DNA from: a virus
Length of the DNA: 40,263 bases
Virus record (IMG/VR): IMGVR_UViG_3300045988_028614
Location: 1 to 40,263 of that record
Strand: one strand, 5' to 3'
The notes under the pieces are model-generated. The model saw only the letters and a list, made by a program, of their open reading frames with translations, ran no database searches and was not told where the DNA came from. Positions 39,921 through 40,263 of this stretch are shown here, piece after piece; the first letter of the stretch is position 1; the number at the start of each line of letters is the position of its first letter. The position numbers and the translations under genes are program-made.

Positions 39921-40263
39921 AATTACTACATTTTCGGATTCAGTTACTACATTTTTATGTAGTAATACTACATTTTTACTACATTTTTACTACATTTTGC
40001 GGTTACATTTTTGTAGTTTACTACATTTTTAACAATAAAACTTATTGATAAACTGTTAAAACTCATTCATATATTATTAATTACTTTACTACATTTTTAG
40101 GGTTACTACATTTTTTACTACACTTTTACTACATTTTTGTAACCCCTTCAAACCGTTGGTATCACTAGCTTTATATATATTTACTACATTTACTACATTT
40201 ATTTTCAAGAGTTTATTTATAATAATAAATTATATATATATTTTTTTATAAATATTTGCTATA
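39921..40263. repeat. Iteron array B (origin-like), proximal part; continues at 1..60
   Basis: Direct ACTACA cores at 39925, 39946, 39967, 39978, 39989 (11-nt phasing), 40020, 40088, 40105, 40117, 40128, 40183 and 40192. Inverted copies near 39958 and 40012. AT-only block 40200-40250. Confidence 0.85.
40240..40263. repeat. 24-nt terminal overlap with positions 1..24 (circular closure of the contig)
   Basis: atttttttataaatatttgctata occurs at both ends. Confidence 0.9.

Noticed and set aside
40240-40263. The 24-nt identity of the two contig ends as a biological direct terminal repeat or cos site
   Set aside because: It is too short and lies in the middle of the AT-rich part of iteron array B. 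The simplest explanation is the overlap left by circularising an assembly. The true termini (pac or cos) cannot be deduced from this sequence.
1-40263. tRNA, tmRNA or rRNA genes, and DGR or retron-type elements
   Set aside because: I saw no cloverleaf-like GC-rich segments, T-loop motifs (GGTTCGAATCC-like) or reverse-transcriptase ORFs. The non-coding segments are accounted for by promoters, terminators, the iteron arrays and the two introns. A tRNAscan or Rfam run would be needed to make this definitive.

Overview
The window appears to be a complete, circularly closed phage genome. Its first 24 nt equal its last 24 nt, giving a unit length of 40,239 bp. It is strongly AT-rich and looks like a Clostridium-type siphovirus; this resembles my recollection of the C. 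perfringens phiCP39-O/phiCP26F group, which I could not verify here. All but one convincing gene lie on the + strand. Going around the circle: scaffold and major capsid (311-1855); a fibre-like BppU_N protein (1994-4174); neck, major tail and chaperone genes with a -1 frameshift site (4190-6667); a tape measure gene split by a 294-nt ORF-less group I-like intron (6668-9040); two BRO-N morons; Dit, a Tal fused to a metallo-beta-lactamase domain, and a tail fibre (10640-16108); a lysis cassette (16142-17586); a sigma region-4-like regulator; many small early or accessory ORFs, including an island of compositionally odd proteins (20965-24464); iteron array A (24689-25010); a recombination, replication and nucleotide module with Gp157-like, ERF, ERCC4-like nuclease, ThyX, SSB, primase-like and MazG genes (25175-31851); and a packaging and head module with TerS, TerL, DUF3310, portal, MuF and an HK97 gp10-like gene split by an HNH-carrying group I-like intron (31930-37855). 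A plasmid-like cassette (37852-39914) then sits between the head-morphogenesis genes and the scaffold gene, followed by iteron array B (39921-40263, wrapping to 1-60). I recognised no integrase, CI/Cro pair, partition NTPase, tRNA or CRISPR array. The main items worth a second look are the twin iteron arrays with a flipped 18-nt core, the replicon-like cassette, a roughly 45-bp promoter cassette repeated at least 9 times, the two homologous introns, and the Tal-MBL fusion.
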